Assembly (NCBI RefSeq): GCF_009914755.1
Contig: NC_060926.1
Strand: one strand, 5' to 3'
DNA length: 64,000 bases
Source of the DNA: the human T2T-CHM13v2.0 reference genome, Homo sapiens
Numbering within the stretch: the first letter of the stretch is position 1; the number at the start of each line of letters is the position of its first letter. Position numbers and translations under genes: made by a program. The notes beneath the pieces were generated by a model. The model did no database searches. It had not been told where the DNA came from and worked only from the letters and a program-made list of their open reading frames with translations. Shown one piece after another: positions 58,301-64,000 of the stretch.

Positions 58301-61300
58301 CAGCTAACAGTGTTGAAGCTTTCTTTTGATAGAGCAGTTTTGAAACACTCTTTTTGTAAAATCTGCAAGAGGATATTTGGATAGCTTTGAGGATTTCGTT
58401 GGAAACGGGATTGTCTTCATATAAACTCTAGACAGAAGCATTCTCAGAAGCTTCATTGGGATGTTTCAATTGAAGTCACAGTGTTGAAGAGTCCCTTTCA
58501 TAGAGCAGGTTTGAAACACTCTTTTTGTAGTATCTGGAAGTGGACATTTGGAGCGCTCTCAGGACTGCGGTGAAAAAGGAAGTATCTTCCAATAAAAGCT
58601 AGAGAGAAGCAATGTCAGAAACTTTTTCATGATGTATCTACTCAGCTAACAGAGTTGAACCTTTCTTTTGAGAGAGCAGTTTTGAAACACTCCTTTTGTG
58701 GAATATGCAAGTGGATATTTGTCTAGCTTTGAAGATTTCGTTGGAAACGGGATTACATATAAAAAGCAGACAGCAGCATTCCCAGAAACTTCTTTGTGAT
58801 GTTTGCATTCAAGTCACAGAGTTGAACATTCCCTTTCATAGAGCAGGTTTGAAACACTCTTTTTGTAGTATCTGGATGTGGACATTTGGAGCGCTTTCAG
58901 GCCTATGGTGAAAAAGGAAATATCTTCCCCTGAAAACTAGACAGAAGCATTCTCAGAATCTTATTTGTGATGTGCGCCCTCAACTAACAGTGTAGAAGCT
59001 TTCTTTTGATAGAGCAGTTTTGAAACACTCTTTTTGTAAAATCTGCAAGAGGATATTTGGATAGCTTTGAGGATTTCGTTGGAAACGGGATTGTCTTCAT
59101 ATAAACTCTAGACAGAAGCATTCTCAGAAGCTTCATTGGGATGTTTCAATTGAAGTCACAGTGTTGAACAGTCACTTTCATAGAGCAGGTTTGAAACACT
59201 CTTTTTGTAGTATCTGGATGTGGACATTTGGAGCGCTTTCAGGCCTATGGTGAAAAAGGAAATATCTTCCCCTGAAAACTAGACAGAAGCATTCTCAGAA
59301 ACTTATTTGTGATGTGCGCCCTCAACTAACAGTGTTGAAGTTTTCTTTTGATAGAGCATTTTTGAAACACTCTTTTTGTGGAATCTGCATGTGGATATTT
59401 GTCTAGCTTTGAGGATTTCGTTGGAAACGGGATTACATATAAAAAGCAGACAGCAGCATTCCCAGAATCTTCTTTGTGATGTTTGCATTCAAGTCACAGA
59501 GTTGAACATTCCCTTTCATAGAGCAGGTTTGAAACACTCTTTTTGTAGTATCTGGATGTGGACATTTGGAGCGCTTTCAGGCCTATGGTGAAAAAGGAAA
59601 TATCTTCCCCTGAAAACTAGACAGAAGCATTCTCAGAAACTTATTTGTGATGTGCGCCCTCAACTAACAGTGTTGAAGCTTTCTTTTGATAGAGCAGTTT
59701 TGAAACACTCTTTTTGTAAAATCTGCAAGAGGATATTTGGATAGCTTTGAGGATTTCGTTGGAAACGGGATTGTCTTCATATAAACTCTAGACAGAAGCA
59801 TTCTCAGAAGCTTCATTGGGATGTTTCAATTGAAGTCACAGTGTTGAACAGTTCCTTTCATAGAGCAGGTTTGAAACACTCTTTTTGTAGTATCTGGAAG
59901 TGGACATTTGGAGCGCTCTCAGGACTACGGTGAAAAAGGAAATATCTTCCAATAAAAGCTACATAGAAGCAAGGTCAGAAACTTTTTCATGATGTATCTA
60001 CTCAGCTAACAGAGTTGAACCTTTCCTTTGAGGGAGCAGTTTTGAAACTCTCTTTTTGTGGAATCTGCAAGTGGATATTTGTCTAGCTTTGAGGATTTCG
60101 TTGGAAACGGGATTACATATAAAAAGCAGACAGCAGCATTCCCAGTAACTTCTTTGTGATGTTTGCATTCAAGTCACAGAGTTGAACATTCCCTTTCATA
60201 GAGCAGGTTTGAAACACTCTTTTTGTAGTATCTGGATGTGGACATTTGGAGCGCTTTCAGGCCTATGGTGAAAAAGGAAATATCTTCCCCTGAAAACTAG
60301 ACAGAAGCATTCTCAGAAACTTATTTGTGATGTGCGCCCTCAACTAACAGTGTTGAAGCTTTCTTTTGATAGAGCAGTTTTGAAACACTCTTTTTGTAAA
60401 ATCTGCAAGAGGATATTTGGATAGCTTTGAGGATTTCGTTGGAAACGGGATTGTCTTCATATAAACTCTAGACAGAAGCATTCTCAGAAGCTTCATTGGG
60501 ATGTTTCAATTGAAGTCACAGTGTTGAACAGTTCCTTTCATAGAGCAGGTTTGAAACACTCTTTTTGTAGTATCTGGAAGTGGACATTTGGAGCGCTCTC
60601 AGGACTACGGTGAAAAAGGAAATATCTTCCAATAAAAGCTAGATAGAAGCAATGTCAGAAACTTTTTCATGATGTATCTACTCAGCTAACAGAGTTGAAC
60701 CTTTCTTTTGAGAGAGCCGTTTTGAAACACTCTTTTTGTGGAATCTGCAAGTGGATATTTGTCTAGCTTTGAGGATTTCGTTGGAAACGGGATTATATAT
60801 AGAAAGCAGACAGCAGCATTCCCAGAATCTTCTTTGTGATGTTTGCATTCAAGTCACAGAGTTGAACATTCCCTTTCATAGAGCAGGTTTGAAACACTCT
60901 TTTTGTAGTATCTGGATGTGGACATTTGGAGCGCTTTCAGGCCTATGGTGAAAAAGGAAATATCTTCCCCTGAAAACTAGACAGAAGCATTCTCAGAATC
61001 TTATTTGTGATGTGCGCCCTCAACTAACAGTGTTGAAGCTTTCTTTTGATAGAGCAGTTTTGAAACACTCTTTTTGTAAAATCTGCAAGAGGATATTTGG
61101 ATAGCTTTGAGGATTTCATTGCAAACGGGATTGTCTTCATATAAACTCTAGACAGAAGCATTCTCAGAAGCTTCATTGGGATGTTTCAATTGAAGTCACA
61201 GTGTTGAACAGTCCCTTTCATAGAGCAGGTTTGAAACACTCTTTTGGTAGTATCTGGAAGTGGACATTTGGAGCGCTCTCAGGACTGCGGTGAAAAAGGA

Positions 61301-64000
61301 AATATCTTCCAATAAAAGCTAGATAGAAGCAATGTCAGAAACTTTTTCATGATGTATCTACTCAGCTAACAGAGTTGAACCTTTCTTTTGAGAGAGCAGT
61401 TTTGAAACACTCTTTTTGTGGAATCTGCAAGTGGATATTTGTCTAGCTTTGAGGATTTCGTTGGAAACGGGATTACATATAAAAAGCAGACAGCAGCATT
61501 CCCAGAAACTTCTTTGTGACGTTTGCATTCAAGTCACAGAGTTGAACATTCCCTTTCATAGAGCAGGTTTGAAACACTCTTTTTGTAGTATCTGTATGTG
61601 GACATTTGGAGCGCTTTCAGTCCTATGGTGAAAAAGGAAATATCTTCCCCTGAAAACTAGACAGAAGCATTCTCAGAAACTTATTTGTGATGTGCGCCCT
61701 CAACTAACAGTGTTGAAGCTTTCTTTTGATAGAGCAGTTTTGAAACACTCTTTTTGTAAAATCTGCAAGAGGATATTTGGATAGCTTTGAGGATTTCGTT
61801 GGAAACGGGACTGTCTTCATATAAACTCTAGACAGAAGCATTCTCAGAAGCTTCATTGGGATGTTTCAATTGAAGTCACAGTGTTGAACAGTCCCTTTCA
61901 TAGAGCAGGTTTGAAACACTCTTTTGGTAGTATCTGGAAGTGGACATTTGGAGCGCTCTCAGGACTGCGGTGAAAAAGGAAATATCTTCCAATAAAAGCT
62001 AGATAGAAGCAATGTCAGAAACTTTTTCATGATGTATCTACTCAGCTAACAGAGTTGAACCTTTCTTTTGAGAGAGCAGTTTTGAAACACTCTTTTTGTG
62101 GAATCTGCAAGTGGATATTTGTCTAGCTTTGAGGATTTCGTTGGAAACGGGATTACATATAAAAAGCAGACAGCAGCATTCCCAGTAACTTCTTTGTGAT
62201 GTTTGCATTCAAGTCACAGAGTTGAACATTCCCTTTCATAGAGCAGGTTTGAAACAGTCTTTTTGTAGTATCTGGATGTGGACATTTGGAGCGCTTTCAG
62301 GCCTATGGTGAAAAAGGAAATATCTTCCCCTGAAAACTAGACAGAAGCATTCTCAGAATCTTATTTGTGATGTGCGCCCTCAACTAACAGTGTTGAAGCT
62401 TTCTTTTGATAGAGCAGTTTTGAAACACTCTTTTTGTAAAATCTGCAAGAGGATATTTGGATAGCTTTGAGGATTTCGTTGGAAACGGGATTGTCTTCAT
62501 ATAAACTCTAGACAGAAGCATTCTCAGAAGCTTCATTGGGATGTTTCAATTGAAGTCACAGTGTTGAACAGTCCCTTTCATAGAGCAGGTTTGAAACACT
62601 CTTTTTGTAGTATCTGGAAGTGGACATTTGGAGCGCTCTCAGGACTACGGTGAAAAAGGAATTATCTTCCAATAAAAGCTACATAGAAGCAATGTCAGAA
62701 ACTTTTTCATGATGTATCTACTCAGCTAACAGAGTTGAACCTTTCTTTTGAGAGAGCAGTTTTGAAACACTCTTTTTGTGGAATCTGCAAGTGGATATTT
62801 GTCTAGCTGTGAGGATTTCGTTGGAAACGGGATTACATATAAAAAGCAGACAGCAGCATTCCCAGAAACTTCTTTGTGATGTTTGCATTCAAGTCACAGA
62901 GTTGAACATTCCCTTTCATAGAGCAGGTTTGAAACACTCTTTTTGTAGTATCTGGATGTGGACATTTGGAGCACGTTCAGGCCTATGGTGTAAAAGGAAA
63001 TATCTTCCCCTGAAAACTAGACAGAAGCATTCTCAGAATCTTATTTGTGATGTGCGCCCTCAACTAACAGTGTTGAAGCTTTCTTTTGATAGAGCAGTTT
63101 TGAAACACTCTTTTTGTAAAATCTGCAAGAGGATATTTGGATAGATTTGAGGATTTCGTTGGAAACGGGATTGTCTTCATATAAACTCTAGACAGAAGCA
63201 TTCTCAGAAGCTTCATTGGGATGTTTCAATTGAAGTCACAGTGTTGAACAGTCCCTTTCATAGAGCAGGTTTGAAACACTCTTTTTGTAGTATCTGGATG
63301 TGGACATTTGGAGCGCTTTCAGGCCTATGGTGAAAAAGGAAATATCTTCCCCTGAAAACTAGACAGAAGCATTCTCAGAAACTTATTTGTGATGTGCGCC
63401 CTCAACTAACAGTGTTGAAGCTTTCTTTTGATAGAGCAGTTTTGAAACACTCTTTTTGTGCAATCTGCAAGTGGATATTTGTCTAGCTTTGAGGATTTCG
63501 TTGGAAACGGGATTACATATAAAATGCAGACAGCAGCATTCCCAGAATCTTCTTTGTGATGTTTGCATTCAAGTCACAGAGTTGAACATTCCCTTTCATA
63601 GAGCAGGTTTGAAACACTCTTTTTATAGTATCTTGATGTGGACATTTGGAGCGCTTTCAGGCCCATGGTGAAAAAGGAAATATCTTCTCCTGAAAACTAG
63701 ACAGAAGCATTCTCAGAATCTTATTTGTGATGTGCGCCCTCAACTAACAGTGTTGAAGCTTTCTTTTGTTAGAGCAGTTTTGAAACACTCTTTTTGTAAA
63801 ATCTGCAAGAGGATATTTGGATAGCTATGAGGATTTCATTGGAAACGGGATTGTCTTCATATAAACTCTAGACAGAAGCATTCTCAGAAGCTTCATTGGG
63901 ATGTTTCAATTGAAGTCACAGTGTTGAACAGTCCCTTTCATAGAGCAGGTTTGAAACACTCTTTTTGTAGTATCTGGAAGTGGACATTTGGAGCGCTCTC

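Larger units (their letters stand above)
1..64000 (+). repeat. Centromeric alpha-satellite (alphoid) tandem array, ~171-bp monomers, alternating A/B dimeric organisation (SF2, D1/D2-type)
   Basis: Alphoid consensus blocks (GCATTCTCAGAAACTT..TTGTGATGT, AGAGTTGAAC, ATAGAGCAG.TTTGAAACACTCTTTTTGT) recur every ~170 bp from first to last base. The CENP-B box TTTCGTTGGAAACGGGA and the pJalpha motif CTA(T/C)GGTGAAAAAGGAA occupy the equivalent position in alternate monomers. SF2 assignment is from recalled monomer motifs, not an alignment. Confidence 0.99.
20400..64000 (+). repeat. D2Z1: Homogeneous 680-bp 4-monomer alpha-satellite HOR array with structural variants; likely human chromosome 2 active array D2Z1 (S2C2H1L)
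   Basis: Exact 680-bp periodicity (paralogous ORFs from 22329 to 31849 = 14x680; 38985 to 46465 = 11x680; 58016 to 63456 = 8x680). One XbaI site (AAACTCTAGAC) in most units. CENP-B boxes are spaced alternately 342/338 bp. The 4-mer is directly visible. The D2Z1 name rests on recalled knowledge of the 680-bp XbaI SF2 tetramer and needs alignment. Confidence 0.8.

Noticed and set aside
116-63671. About 190 short ORFs (60-122 aa), including the recurring 71-aa 'MWNLQVDICLALRISLETG...' frame
   Set aside because: They are translations of satellite monomers. They recur at the HOR period, mostly start at TTG/GTG-type codons, overlap on both strands, and open or close with random SNVs (e.g. CCCAGAA to CCCAGTAA stop). 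Database hits to such peptides would be spurious alphoid translations.
20400-64000. CRISPR-like pattern of conserved motifs separated by variable stretches
   Set aside because: The 'spacers' are themselves repeated monomer sequence, the period is 171/340/680 bp, and there are no cas genes or leader.
1-64000. Transposon insertions (L1, Alu), other satellites, inversions, RNA genes
   Set aside because: I saw no break in alphoid register, no poly(A) tail or target-site duplication, and no reverse-complement CENP-B box (TCCCGTTTCCAACG) on the + strand while reading.
20400-64000. Assigning the main array to chr18 (D18Z1) or chr20 (D20Z2) because of 1,360-bp spacings
   Set aside because: The 1,360-bp units here are made only of m1-m4 and their hybrids. 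The extra X/Y-type monomers are confined to positions below 20 kb, and the base period is 680 bp. Not formally excluded without alignment.
20400-64000. Calling this segment the kinetochore (CENP-A/centromere dip) site
   Set aside because: That site is defined epigenetically and cannot be read from sequence. An array-edge position makes it less likely.
1-64000. A novel, previously undescribed gene-based biological system
   Set aside because: Nothing in the window supports one. All structure is explained by alpha-satellite HOR evolution, and novelty is limited to the specific rearrangement history reported above.

Overview
The whole 64 kb window is primate (very probably human) centromeric alpha-satellite DNA. 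It consists of about 375 head-to-tail ~171-bp monomers, all in one orientation, alternating CENP-B-box (B-type) and pJalpha (A-type) monomers as in the dimeric suprachromosomal family 2 (SF2). I saw no genes, transposon insertions, inversions or unique sequence, and all listed ORFs are artefacts of the repeat. The array is layered. (1) About 1-15.45 kb is a diverged ~1.71-kb 10-monomer higher-order repeat (HOR) with many broken CENP-B boxes. It is interrupted twice by a ~2.36-kb block of different monomers, giving a chimeric 4,769-bp (28-mer) super-repeat. (2) About 15.45-20.4 kb is a mosaic transition zone. (3) About 20.4-64 kb is a homogeneous 680-bp 4-monomer HOR with nearly all CENP-B boxes intact. 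From my recall of a 680-bp XbaI SF2 tetramer, this best fits chromosome 2 D2Z1 (S2C2H1L). It carries hybrid-monomer structural variants and nested local duplications (2,040, 3,400, 4,077/4,080 bp). The window looks like the edge of an active centromeric array. I found no new protein- or RNA-coding system. The interesting content is the recombination and evolutionary record, especially relic 6-mers that appear to show how the 4-mer formed. Labels used below for the 4-mer: m1 = TTTTTCATGATGTATCTACTCAGC...GGGATTACATA, m2 = CTTCTTTGTGATGTTTGCATTC...CAGGCCTATGG...CCCCTG, m3 = CTTATTTGTGATGTGCGCCCTC...GGGATTGTCTTC, m4 = CTTCATTGGGATGTTTCAATTG...CAGGACTACGG...GCAATGTCAG. Boundaries were read by eye and are approximate (about +/-50 bp).
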